The notes under the pieces: generated by a model | The model's input: only the letters and a program-made list of their open reading frames with translations | Told to the model about the DNA's origin: nothing | Database searches by the model: none | Shown here: positions 1 to 12,500 of the stretch, piece by piece | Numbering within the stretch: position 1 is the stretch's first letter | Layout: every line of letters starts with the position of its first letter | Made by a program: the position numbers and the translations under genes | Assembly (NCBI GenBank): GCA_000934665.2 | Contig: JYFJ02002921.1 | Span: forward strand, 1-49,662 | DNA: 49,662 nt | Direction of reading: 5' to 3' | From: Catajapyx aquilonaris | Taxonomy: Eukaryota

Positions 1-252
1 CTTTTCCGCTCCGATCCCCCCCTCCTCTCCGATGGGAAAATTATGGCTCCGGCGATTTTATCTACGGGCATATATCAGACTTTCATTGGGTGCAGGCGAA
101 GATGGCTTTTCCCCCACAGAAAAAGTCAATTCGAGGGAAGGCGACCAAATTTTAATTAAATATGAGTCGCCATGTGTATTTTGTGCTTCATCGTTGATGA
201 GAGAGCAAGTACGCTTATTTTCTCTGCTCCTTTTTCTCCACCATTTTTCCAG

Positions 253-402
253 TCGAGTTCCGCAGCAAAGTGGCGTGCGAGAACGACATAATCCACCTTC
301 AGTGCAACAAGACAGCCAGAATCGCCGTTTATTCCGCCAGCTACGGCCGCACAGAATACGAAAGCATCCAGTGTCCGCAGCCGCAGGGAGTTCCAGAAGA
401 AA
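253..402 (+). CDS. EVA1C-like exon: N-terminal half of SUEL lectin domain
   Basis: ttttccag|TC GAG TTC...GAA GAA A|gtaagt; EFRSKVACENDIIHLQCNKTARIAVYSASYGRTEYESIQCPQPQGVPEE. Confidence 0.88.
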
Positions 403-3400
403 GTAAGTTTAACACCCAATTGAAAAAGAAACGCAATCTGTCTCCAGAGAGAGAGAGAAATAGTATAAAACTTTGCAGATATCGCACATTTAAATAAAAT
501 TGGAGGAAAATGTTGCTGATAATTATCCGCATTGTGCACGCACTTTTGAATGCACGGCTTGTTCCCGAACCGTTAATAAAGGAGTCAACAGTATTGGGTG
601 TACAAGAGGGAGTTAATTGGTTCCCTTTGTTGGCTCAGGCTCTGTTGATATCAAAACCTATGGAAGGGGAGGGCTGGGAAAGGCTGCAAATTGTATCTAA
701 TACTGCCGAGATATAATGTGAGTTCGGGTGAGGCGCGATAATGAGCATCCCCCCCCCCCTTTCTGAATTGACTATTGTGGAGGAATTCATGCCCCCGGAA
801 GGTCCTTGGTTCCAAAACCTTTTCATCCTGCCGGGTAGATAACCCTTGCGCCATAATTGTCGCAAGGAGTTGCCTGAAGTACAGGCGTTTCATGTAGTGT
901 TAATTTGCGTTTCATTCCAGCTTGCCTTGCGAGCTACGCGACGGAGACTGTGATGCAAATGTGCCACGGGAAGAGGCGATGTGCCATCTCAGCAGATCCG
1001 GCAACTTTTGGCAATCCATGTCGACCGGACTCCAAGATGTACCTCAAAGTGGTGTACACATGTGGTGAGTAACAGTGCAATTTGGGGGTTTGGCGTTTTG
1101 CAGTTTCGCGAAAACGCTGTTGCTGGGTGAGATCAAAAGGCTCCTATCGCTAACTCCGGTTGGGTGAAAAGCGATTGGCACGAAACAGAAAAATAGGTTA
1201 CGTCCTGCGGAATTGAGTTTCCGCACAATGAACCTGAGTCGTGGATCACCTGAGGAACAGAGGAGATCGCGTGATCTATTTATTTGCAGCCAAGTACATG
1301 CTATGGATAATTCTGCAAAAATTATTTCCCACAATTTTAGTCCGTTTTCTTACTGAATCATATTCCAGGTGTGTTCTTGTTCTTAACTGTTATTAGTAAA
1401 TGAGAGAGTAAATATTCTCTCTGATAAAGTGAGGCCTAAGTTACTTCCCAATTGTTGGTTACTATTTACCCATTTTCAGCCTATTTTTTCACATAATGTA
1501 CTGTCGGGTTCAAATACTTTTGACCACTTTATCCTGGTCTTGAAGCAACCCTTCGCACATACCCCACGTTAAGGAGGTGTGTGTGAAGGGTTGCTTTAAG
1601 ACCAGGATAAAGTGGTCAAAAGTTTTTGAACCCGATAGTACCTTATTCGTAATATTATTAGTAATAAATGAGTACATTTCTACAAAAAAAATGTGAGGCG
1701 CAAATTAATTCGCAATTGTTGATTACTATTAATCAACAATTATTACAAGGTTGAGGCTACATACCTTCAATGCAAATGGATTAGAGAAGAATGCTGACTC
1801 GTAATATTTTTAGAGCTTAATTCCTTCCATATTTAAAGGCATTTTCATTAAGCGTCCCTGCAGATATAATTAGGTGCCGGATATGCCTTATTAGAAGCAA
1901 TACTTTTAAAGCACAAATTTTAATGAACACGTAATTACACTTCGGATTTTTTAAAAATGTCAACAGCACTGGAATTGGCCAATGAACTTGCAAGCACTGA
2001 GATTGACATTAAAATAAGGCCCCCGTTTAGGCAAGTGTCGGTGATTAGACGCATGGAATTTTCAATTAAACTGCTCCCCCTGCTAGTGCACTTTGGCTTG
2101 GGATTAATTACCAGGAAGTATTATTGATAAAGGGCCGAAGAAAACCGCCGGGGACGTTATGTCACCAGTACCCGTTATACTGCAAGGAACCAGTTGGCTG
2201 CCTGGAGTCCGATAAAACTCCGGTTCATTTCCGGACCAAGGGTATAAATGGGGGGGGGGGCGCCCTACTCTCTTGGTAATAACCCTCCGGAGCAAAGCAG
2301 GCGTAAAGAAAAAGGTACGCTCGTGGGAGGGGGCTCATTTGGAATCCGGGGGGGCAGTTTGGCCCCCCCATACCCTCAGAAGACGGCCATACCCGGTGAT
2401 TTAGCATCCGGGAGGAATGGCTGGGCGATGAAATATCCGGAGTCCCTTGGAGTCGGATCCATGATGCCGAGAGGTATTCGTCATAATTACGGAAACTCCG
2501 GGGTATGGCCCAGGTGGAATTAGGTGAGAAGCGATCGACTCATCCCGGATACATAAAAGCAAGCTGAAATTTCAGTACTTATAGATATTGGCAAGGGTTC
2601 ATTCACCATTAAGTATATTCCGCGCAGTCATGATATTGATAAAAAAAATCACATTTTGCCCAAATGATGGGGTTGCAGCTCATGTTTTAATTAGCGATTT
2701 AGTATATGAGCAGGCAAGGTGTGAATAGCCCACTGACACCACCCTGAAAATGATTCCTGGAAGTCCAGCCCACAGCCTGGAGGCGAATCTTCTTTTTCTC
2801 TCTCACACAATAATTAAATCTGGAAATGATTGGCTCAAAATTCCTCCCATCCGCCCATGCAACCGGATTTCCAACCCTTCGTCGGTGCCTAATCTGAGAA
2901 AGATTAGTTAATATCAATCAGAATTGAATTTTCGGAAGCCAGGGCGTTGATTTTCCAAAAGGCCCAGCAGAGAGTTTGAAGCCGTCAAATTTTGGGAGCC
3001 AGACTCGTTGGAGACGAGATGAAATTTATTTGCAGAAAACCTTCCCCCCCTGCTGGTGCCTGCTTCTGCTCAATTCACACGCAGGATTTATTGCTGAAAT
3101 ATTAATAACAGCTAGAGTGGATTTCCGCACTTATACAGTGCACAACCGGCGGGCTCATTTCCATCGTTTAAAATCACATCAACTTTTGCACTCATTTTTG
3201 CACCTGATGTCCTGCTTTAAAAAATCCGCTGCTTCTAACCCTCTGGAGTCTTTTTATTGCCAAAAATAACGTCTGGACATGCATATTTGCTAAAGCCAGT
3301 GTGCGTATGTGTTGAATCCTCAAATGTTGACGCTCCCACTTTTTTTCCGTGTCCCTTGACACGTGCATGGCAAGCTGTGATCATGGAGCCATGCTACTCT

Positions 3401-6400
3401 GGGAATTCCTCCATTGCCTTTGACCACTCCTGTTTGGTGTCCCCCTTTTCTGTAATTACATAACCCGTTGCGTGAACGGACACGACTAATTCGCTTCGAC
3501 TCATACTCTTTTTTTCCATGGCCGTGTCCATGGCTTACTTGGTTACATACACTTTGGAATAAGACTCCTCCGCTTTTGAACCAGTACAGCGACCTGTTTT
3601 GTAACACATTTACGAGTGGACTGGTTCGTATTGCCTTTGTGCATGTCATACCAGCCCCAGTGGAAGCGGAGTCTTCTCAAATTGCAACTTACACCCCAGT
3701 GCTTTTAACTCGGTTGTGGTATAGGAATCGCATCGAATGGATGAAGAAAAGGAAGGGGGTTTTTCAGTCTGGTTTTTTTTATACAATTTTTTGGCAAATT
3801 CAACCCACCCCACTTTTTTTCCCTCCTCATCTTTTCCCATTGGGAAACTGTTTGCTGCGCTTCCCGCCTTCCATTCCGGAATGGGTTTCGTGAATGCCGT
3901 ACGCACTGTAGCGTCCTTGGAAGCACCTTATTTAAGTGGAACTAGAAAGGAAGAAGGGAGAGTATCTTTTTAAGGATTTTTTTTTCTTCTTTCTCCAGTT
4001 TCCAAACCCTCGCATGCTACCCACTCTAAGACATCTTCTTTTTTTCTGGAAGGAGAAATAAGGAGAGGAGGAGGAGGAAGGGGGGAGAGTTTGAATTGAA
4101 TTTTCTTTTCGTTTGGTAGAAATCCGGTGACGTGGAGGGAAAGCAAACGCTGCTGATTTCACTTCCCAAACAGGTTATCCGGAGGAGATTCTCGGGTTTT
4201 GTTGCCTAACTGTTTTCTTCCGCGCCGGAAGACAACTGGGCCGCTCTGTTTTGTTGCGGGCTCGATTCGAGGTGGGACTGACAATAATGCTATTCAAGCC
4301 TTGCACATACACGCGGATTGAGCTGAATACGAGAATTGTGTGCACTAGGTCATCAGTTCAGGAACTTTCGGAGAAACGAAATTCTCTTCAGTGTGCTAAG
4401 CCGATTTCAGTGTTAACTATTGTTGTATTGCTTTATTTCTTTCCAGTGCCACGCAACATTCTTAAAGAGAAATACCAAAGTGAGCGAGAGGAAGATGAAG
4501 TATACGAGGAGGAGATGTACGAGGAGAATGACACGGAGGAGGTTATCGAGGGGGCAGTGGCCATGTCCCCTTCGCCTGACCTAGACTCCAAGGACCACAA
4601 TCCAAAGTTGGGTGCCAAGACTACTCCCAAGCCATACTCCAAGGGCTCCAAAGGCTCAGGTTAGCTCCAGGAAAATTTTCAGAAAAAAATAGAAACGTTT
4701 TATACACATTACTCTTCCATCACTCTTTTTTCTCAATTTCTGCTTTCTTGGGTGCTTCACAAAATGCTGTACTCTAATCTTTTAACCGACCAACAAGTTA
4801 ACTTAAACTGACGGTCTTTAAAGATTGGAGAAATCCGTACATGTAGTAATAATAGGGGGGGTTCTGTTTTTATAACTGTATGTTTGCTGTTATATGCGCA
4901 GCGATGTGTGTGTGAATGCGTGTTGGGCAGGTTTAGCATTTCTCTTTTTTTAAACAGTTAATATTATGCTTGCCACAATAAATGTAGGGGGTAGCCTTTG
5001 ATTTTATGCACGACCTGCAATATGTGGTTTATGTAAATTTTAATTAATATTAGCTGCGGAAGCATGCACAATATTTTGTGCGAGTGGTAGTTCGTGTGTG
5101 TTATATTTGTAGTGCCCATGGAGTTGTGTGATTCGTAATATTGTGGGAGGAACTTTAGCGACCGATAATGGAGGTTTTGAAAGCTCGTCCAATAATATTG
5201 ATTTCGCACCTGATTTTTAGCAGAGGATGCTGCGAATTTACGCAGGAAAAAAATAATAATTCCGACCAGTTTCTTTCCTATCAGTAAATCTCAGCGGATT
5301 AAGTGTCCGCATGATAATGTCTCGAGAGCGATTTCCTAGGTCAAACCCCCCTTATGCAGTTTATTAGTGACAAACCTTGGCAGTGTGTCAGGAAGGTTTT
5401 TTTTAAAATGAAGAGACCTCCTCACGCGCTAGTAGAAAAAGCTATAGGGAGCGACATTATTAGCCAAAATGCCAGATGAAAATGTCGATAAAATGCCTGG
5501 TGTAATGGCCCGTGTTAACCGCACAAATGGTGACTTGCAATTCAGGCAAGGGCGGGGGCGGAAAGCCTGCAACACACGTTACATGATTCACTCTCATTTT
5601 TTCGCGAATCATTATTGGGTAACCCGAACACGACTCATTACAAAACCTCGAGGCACGGAATCGATCTGGTATTATAGGAAAAGTATTTTTATTTGCTATT
5701 TAGAAGCTACAACTGCTATTGATATCCGCTATTTTAAAGAACTGCTAGTCGGCCATTTTGCTCGCCGCCCCCTAGTTATATGGGGCACAAAATATGAGCA
5801 ATATTCCGGGAGAGTCATCCGTTTATGGCACCTGATTGGCCCAAAAGTGAGGTTTGATGTGAAACCGGATATGATGGAAAATGTGGCGTCGGTTGGTGCG
5901 TAGGGGTCCTATAAATTTTGGGAGGGCTATCTTCGGTCGGGTCCCGATTATCTTCTTCTTTTTCGGATGACGATGGCCCAATTGGACTCTAGTCCCCGAG
6001 GAGTTTAATGGCGCCACTTGGACTGAATATGACGCCCGTGCAGCAGCCTCTTCCTTTTTTTTGTTGCTGGGGCTTCTCTCAATTGAAATGTGTGCCTAGG
6101 GGACAATCTCTTGGTCACATCAATCGATTTCGGTGTGGGTAGATGGGGCCAGGAAGGAAAACCATGTACCTGCCATCTGACGGTGGACTAGAGCAGCTCC
6201 TTCTCCTTCTTTTGTTAAAAAAAACTGTCTGTCCCTTTCACTGGCGCCATCTGTACTTTCTTCCTTTTCTTCCACTTTATTGAACTATGTTTGCTTATTA
6301 TTTCTCTCTTCATACTCTGCAAATAATTACTTCAAACACTTCTCTCTACCCACAAAATTTAAATGCTAAAATTATGCGAGCAACTCGCAAAAAAAATTAT

Positions 6401-9400
6401 TATTTCTAAACCTCATTTACGCGTTATTGCTGAGCAAATTGGCAGCTTGATATTGCGCACAATATCTCTGTTACGTTCGGTTTAACTAGAGTAACTGCGC
6501 TCTCATTGAACAATATAATTGAACACAAACACAAATCGCTTACGGAAGCTCAAACATGCTGAATTATATGTTATTGACAGGGGGGTTAAAATATATGCAA
6601 AATGGATAGCAAATTGATATCCTTTGTAATCACAATAATTTTCTGGTGGTTTGTGTAATTCCCGGAGTGAATGAGTAATTATATAGATTTGTGATGTTGA
6701 TGCGCAATACACCAGTCCATTAATTATTTCATGATAGACGGCTCTTGGAGCATTTTGTATACAACAAGAATTAAATGTATATTACATACCATATAAATAA
6801 CCATTATTATCGACAATAAAATGACAGTGCAGGATGATTGAAAGCTATTTTCGTGATTTTCGTTTAATTACGTTTAACTTTTCTGTTCTTCTCACCTGTA
6901 AACTATTGCAATTTTTTCTCTTCCGGTCCGTTTAGTTATCCCCCCTCCATTATTCTGTTATTTTCTTTTGTTGCAGCCATAATGTTGCCCAAAATGACCC
7001 CTCCCCCTCCCCCGCCGCCCACCCCTCCCTCCTCCACCCTTCCCCCAAAAGACATGCAGGGGGACGACTACCCCGAAGGTCTTGACCTCAGCAACTGTAA
7101 CATCACCATTATTTCGGACGGTAGCTCCCGGTTCATAGGCTTCATATCCGAGTGGATTAACGCCTACGACTTTATATCACGTAAGTACGACACGTGAACG
7201 AGCTTTTATGCACTTGTTATGTCCGCCATATTTTCTTTTTTACCATCGCATAATTATTATTATCGGGGCAAGGTCAACCACAAAATAATAATAAAATTAA
7301 TTAATATGTATACAATCGCGTTAACTTTGCCCTGAACGGTAACGAACCACGTGTACGGTACGCTCCGGTTAATTTAATGCGCATGCGCGGTTCTCACTTT
7401 GACACATCTGCGCATGCGTGGTTTCTCATTTGGAACCTTCTGCGCATGCGTGGTTCAAATTTGCAAACCCGTGGCGGATCTAGCACATTTTTAAAAAAAA
7501 TCTCTCTGCGTTTCTGCGATTGCGAAATTGCAAAAACGTTCACCTGGTTCTTACATGTGTAACGCTTGCCTAACGGTTACCAAGTCTGTTAATACGCTCT
7601 AAGCACGCTTTGTTGACATTTACCGGTGAATGATCTCGTGTCTAAGGGTTGCCGTGGTGCGCATGAAGTTTTGCTGTTTGTGTGTTTTTATCGTTCCAAC
7701 ATCTTGAAGTCTGTAATAACCGCATGGCTTGTGAATGGCGAAACCTGCACTCTGCTTAGATTCGCATGATTTTTTTTTCACGAGGTCGCTCCTTCTGGTC
7801 TCTGAAAGTACTGCGCGCTAATTGGGTAAATTGCAAAATTCAATTATGGCATAATATGTAACACCCGGTGAAAATCTAATTGCCAGTGCAAATTATTCGA
7901 CAGTATTTCGGATAAAACTCATTCATTGTACAGCAACTTTTTTTGAAACGTCAGCTGTGCAAAATATTTTTTGGCGAATATTGCGCAGAAAAATTCGAGT
8001 CATCGTCCACCATAAAATATTGAAGAGCTGATTTGGTTCCGTCACCTGCGACATTGTTTTAAAAGAATGAATAAAGCATCGATAGCTCTTTTCGTGCCGT
8101 CTGGCACGTAATATTTTCCCCCCTTCTTCCTGCGTGATTGCTATCTTAGCCACGTAAAACCGGCTCTGCATTTACGACAACAATGGCATAAAAATGTCGC
8201 GAACCTATTTTTGAACCACAAATAAATCACTCGGCGTGTGAACGGAATGATGACTTCAGTTTGACTCAAACTTGACAGAAATTCCTTACAATGAGATTGC
8301 AATGTAGCCTAAAATTATTGCACTATTACACCTACTTTCATAATTAGTAGTATTGCGTAATGAAATGAAATTTAATTACTAATTAAAATAATGAAATTGA
8401 AATTGAAAATATCATACGAGTTTGGACATTAAACCACAGTTGCGCAGAAGCCGAAGGTGTCATGATTGTCGCATTGGCGCCCAACGTGGGGACAGAGTAG
8501 TCAACTTGCAGGCGCGGGAAACCATACCGCGACAAACTCATTGCCAAAATTGGCAACAGTGCCCTGTGGATGTAGTACCGTATGTCTCACATATATGGCG
8601 CGTCCTCCTTCTCTACACACTACTGATGACTCACCGCGGACAAATAGAGGCACAGATTCAAGCTAATCTCTATATTTTAAATGAGAACGTTTGTCTGAGT
8701 GTCCAGGCTACCTAACACACTTTCACACTACGGTACTGCGAGTGCTGAAACTTAGAACACTGATGGCTTATCTGCCGTCAGATATGAGAAGACCGGAGCT
8801 CAATGTCCACTTCCCCTTGCGGCGAGAGAAAAAGCAGTGGTACCAAAAGCACCCAACAGGTGGAGTTGGGATGCCGTTCCTTTTTCCCCCTTCCCCCAAC
8901 GCCACCTCTTGGATGCTTTCGGTAACACTTGCTTTCTTTTATCGCCGCAAGGGAAGTGGATATTGAGTTACGGTCCTCTCACATCTGACGGCTGTTATGT
9001 GCCACTGATTGAGCGAAAAGTCCGAAACCCGCACTTGTTTTTTATCTATAGTAAAATATTAAAGTCCAGGATGACCAGAGACCAGCAAGGATCAGATTTG
9101 ACCTTTCCTTATGTGTTGTCGACTGACCAGTGGTCATCACTCCCGATTCATCCCGACAGGCAACATTGAAAAGTTCTACCTGTACCTGATCCTGAGCGTG
9201 ACAGGCGGTCTGGTACTGTTCCTCTCGCTCGTGATTGGTCGCCTTCTGGTCCAGAGGCACAGGACCCGGAGACACGCCAAGCCCCAGCTGTCGGACCCTC
9301 TTCCAAACGGGTTCGGTGACGAGCTGAGCGAGCTCGACCCAGGAGAGCTGGAGCTGGGTACCGGACCACCCGGACCAGCACCGGACCCTTCGGAAGTGGT

Positions 9401-9542
9401 CCGTTTCACCAACCCTAGGACCACGTCCGCCAGCACCAGTTCGGGTCAGCCTGGCGGGTCAGGGGTCAGGCAGCAGCTCGAGGGAGACACAAACCCAAGG
9501 AGTCTCAGCAGAGGAGGAAATTCGCAATATTACTACAGCTGA
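253..9542 (+). CDS. EVA1C: EVA-1/EVA1C-like protein (SUEL/rhamnose-binding lectin domain + FAM176-type transmembrane segment), 5'-partial; coding exons 253-402, 921-1064, 4447-4659, 6977-7180, 9160-9542
   Basis: All five exons have AG/GT boundaries and join in phase 1. The spliced product reads ACENDIIHLQC...IAVYSASYGR...CLASYATETVMQMCHGKRRCAISADPATFGNPCRPDSKMYLKVVYTC (SUEL lectin cysteine pattern), then an acidic/Pro-rich stalk, NAYDFISRNIEKFYLYLILSVTGGLVLFLSLVIGRLL (FAM176/EVA1-like TM) and a cytoplasmic tail ending SQYYYS-TGA. Upstream exons lie outside the window. Confidence 0.85.
921..1064 (+). CDS. EVA1C-like exon: C-terminal half of SUEL lectin domain
   Basis: ttcattccag|CT TGC...ACA TGT G|gtgagt; CLASYATETVMQMCHGKRRCAISADPATFGNPCRPDSKMYLKVVYTC. 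Not in the ORF track. Confidence 0.9.
1501..1638. mobile_element. Palindromic MITE, TA-flanked (Tc1/mariner-type target)
   Basis: Arms of about 63 bp (ctgtcgggttcaaatacttttgaccactttatcctggtct... / ...agaccaggataaagtggtcaaaagtttttgaacccgatag) with about 5 mismatches; TA at 1499-1500 and 1639-1640. Confidence 0.8.
4447..4659 (+). CDS. EVA1C-like exon: acidic stalk
   Basis: tttctttccag|TG CCA CGC AAC...GGC TCA G|gttagc; VPRNILKEKYQSEREEDEVYEEE... Confidence 0.82.
6977..7180 (+). CDS. EVA1C-like exon: Pro-rich stalk and juxtamembrane region
   Basis: ttttgttgcag|CC ATA ATG...ATA TCA C|gtaagt; poly-Pro then FIGFISEWINAYDFIS. Confidence 0.82.
8565..8647 (+). repeat. Dispersed repeat, second copy at 23219-23284
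   Basis: tgtggaYgtagtaYcgtatgtStcacataKatggcgc...cactactgatgactcaccgcggacaMatag is shared by both sites. Confidence 0.75.
9160..9542 (+). CDS. EVA1C-like last coding exon: TM helix and cytoplasmic tail
   Basis: cccgacag|GC AAC ATT GAA; hydrophobic FYLYLILSVTGGLVLFLSLVIG followed by basic RHRTRRH; TGA at 9540-9542. Confidence 0.88.
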
Positions 9543-12500
9543 GACGATCAAGTCGCCCTCTAAAAAAATTCGCAAAGAACTGGACGGAGGTGTTTTTTTT
9601 TTTTGCAAGTATCTCCTGGGGGCCTTCTTTCTCGTCTATTTTGAGTGTGTAGTAATTTCTTCTTTTTTTATTGGTGGGGGCAACTATTCGGATGACCTGT
9701 CCACTACCTCATATTCGAGCTTGAGGGCACGGGTATAATTGACACAAGTGTTGTGCGGACAATTTTTTTTTGGAAACGACGAGGTCATCTGCAACGAGTG
9801 GTATGATCATGTTTGGAAAAAAATTCCAGCCCCAAATTTTTTTTCCGGCTCTGACATAAAGACGTTGTGTACAGTATTTTGTGGACTTGGCGTGTGAAAA
9901 TCTCTCCTGGACGATTTTATGAAGACAAAAAAAACGAGGCGTATTTAAGAAACGAGGCTTTTTATCTTATTGCTGTTTTTAATTACTGGTATTATGACGT
10001 AATGTCTGTTATTATTTATGTGAGACCAAATGAGAGCATGGTGAAAGAAGCGCTGCTGATTTTTACAATGGTTTTTTGTCAAGTGAAAACTCGTTACTTT
10101 TCGACACACTGAGTGCATTGAAAACCCGACGGCAACTATTCAAATTTGAAATGATTTCTTCTCCACTTAATTAAGGATGAAATTTATTTGGAAATTACCG
10201 GTACTCCATAATTCAACAATTATAAAAATATTATGGTCTAACTGAGGTAATAGCTCGGAAAGTAAAATTTACGAAAGAAGTATAGTCAGCTAGAATGAAA
10301 TTTTCTCTGAATCTACTGCAAATGGAGTAAAAATTACTCAAAAATAATTTCGCAATATAAAATCAGTTCATTTTCGTAAAAGTGTGACTATATTGGTTTA
10401 TTTGTAATAATAATAATTATGATATTGTAACCGTACTTGGTTTTTAAAACCTGGTCTGGTTTTTTACACAGCATTAATATTATTGCGAATAACTACTAGT
10501 TATACATCTAAGGTGTTTAATTATTTGTAATTGGGTTTTCAATGTCTTGTCGTGATTTTATTTCCTTTAAAAAAAATTAAATTGGAAGACCTTGGTACAA
10601 AGCGGTCCAAAGCAAAACGGGATAGTCAACCACAATGATGATGGCCCCGAGTCATTTTTGTTTGGTTAATTTTTTTTATGTGTCTGGTTCAATCAAACTC
10701 AACGTACAAAGAGCAGTGTTGCAATTAGTCATTGTCTATTAATTTATTCTAATATTTTTTTGGTCGAGAGGCCCCCACTTATTATTTTTGTGGAAAATAT
10801 GATGGGCTCGAGTGCATATTTTAACACTGATTCCGGTGACATCACCACATTTTTGAGTTGTTTGCTGGTGATAACACAACCGGTTTATTTCCAACCGTGT
10901 GTCTCATAATAACCATTTTTGCCCGGTAGATGACAGTGTTTGAAACCCTGACATCTGTTGGATATTATATGAAATCAATTTGTGGGACACTCGGTGCAAA
11001 AAGTGTTAATGTTTGTACACGTGTGCATGACGTGTTGCGGTGCTACGTACAACGTGCGAGGAGCTCGGAGCTGACCCGGGTCAATGGGGGAGGTCAGTCA
11101 ATTTTTTGGTGACTAGTCTCGCAGATAGGTATACTATTATTTCTGATAAGAGGAAGAGATATTTTCGAAAAGAGGTGGTGTTGGACGGGGGAGAAAAGAA
11201 GATTTAAAATAATAAACAGAAACTGTTATTAACTGTGCGTCGTTGACATTCAAGTCGAGTTTAGTACATCTGGTTTCTAGTCATTCCTGTACACAAAAAA
11301 ATATGGTTCTACCCAAATCCACCCAGAGTGCGTGTGTGTATGAGATGGATTCGGATCTGGACTAGACTCGGAGAGGAACTGTCAACGGTCAAAGGACGTC
11401 TATTGGACACGGTGGAAGAAGACAAGTGAAAAGAAAAGAAGGAAATGAAAAGGGGGAAAAAAACGGAGAGAAAAAGTAACCCAACTCGATTATTCCAATC
11501 TTTTGATTCCACCACTTTTTCCCCCCACACATAAAAGAGAATAAAAATGTCGTAAAAAAAATTATAAACGAAATGCGTGTGTGGGGAAAAAATAGACTCG
11601 GCCTTAGTTTCGTCACACGAAATACTTGCATTTTCCCAATGATGAATGCAACGTTTCAAGTGGAAAAAAAGAAGGTTTCAAACAAAAAAAACAATTAAAA
11701 AATATATAAATATTGCCTACTGTAATGTACATAACCTTTATGCTGTACACCGTAGGCTTACTTTTTGTACTATAAAAAAAGAGTGCCATGATGACCTTGT
11801 ACTGTTGGATTTTTCATTCCTTGACATTGACTTATATTTAGAGTTAGTTGACAACCCCATTTCAGCACAACCGAACCTGAAATAGCAAGCCATTTTGGTG
11901 CCACAAATATTATATCAAATAATTTGTTGCGTCATGCATTTTCTGCAAAGTGATTGGAAATTGTAGCAGTCTGGTGTAATTATGCATATTTTGCATTTGT
12001 TAGCGTCATTGAAAAAAATTTATTAATATTCAAGTTTTTGCAACATTTTTATATCTCACAAAAAAATAATCGAAAAGGTCCCATTTTTGTCTGCTTGTCA
12101 ATACTTGTTGCGATTTGAACCTTTTTTTTAAAAAAAAATCAGAAATTGATCAGAAAAGTTGGCATACCTGTAAGGAAACTGTTACAACCCGCGATCTGAC
12201 GTCACTGGCAACGATGACGCCAGTTGGAGACGTGAAGCTTTAAAAATATTGCGGAATGTTCACTGTGACAATTTTGGCACCAAAATTGCATGACATTGCA
12301 ATTGTCCGTGCAGGTTCCCGATTCGACGAAAAGCGATTGTGAAAAGTGTCAGCAACATGTGATTTTTTTTTTTTTTTGCCGTTTTATTTTTCTGCTTTTG
12401 TCCCATTGTTTCACAGAAACACAAATCATCGATCGGGTAAGTGAACCACACCCAGGAAGAGTCATTCTACGAAATTCATTCACCACGTCGAAACACATTA

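Noticed and set aside
2140..2560. CCGG-rich GC island in an EVA1C-like intron
   Set aside because: No termini, periodicity or coding signal could be defined; probably a decayed repeat.
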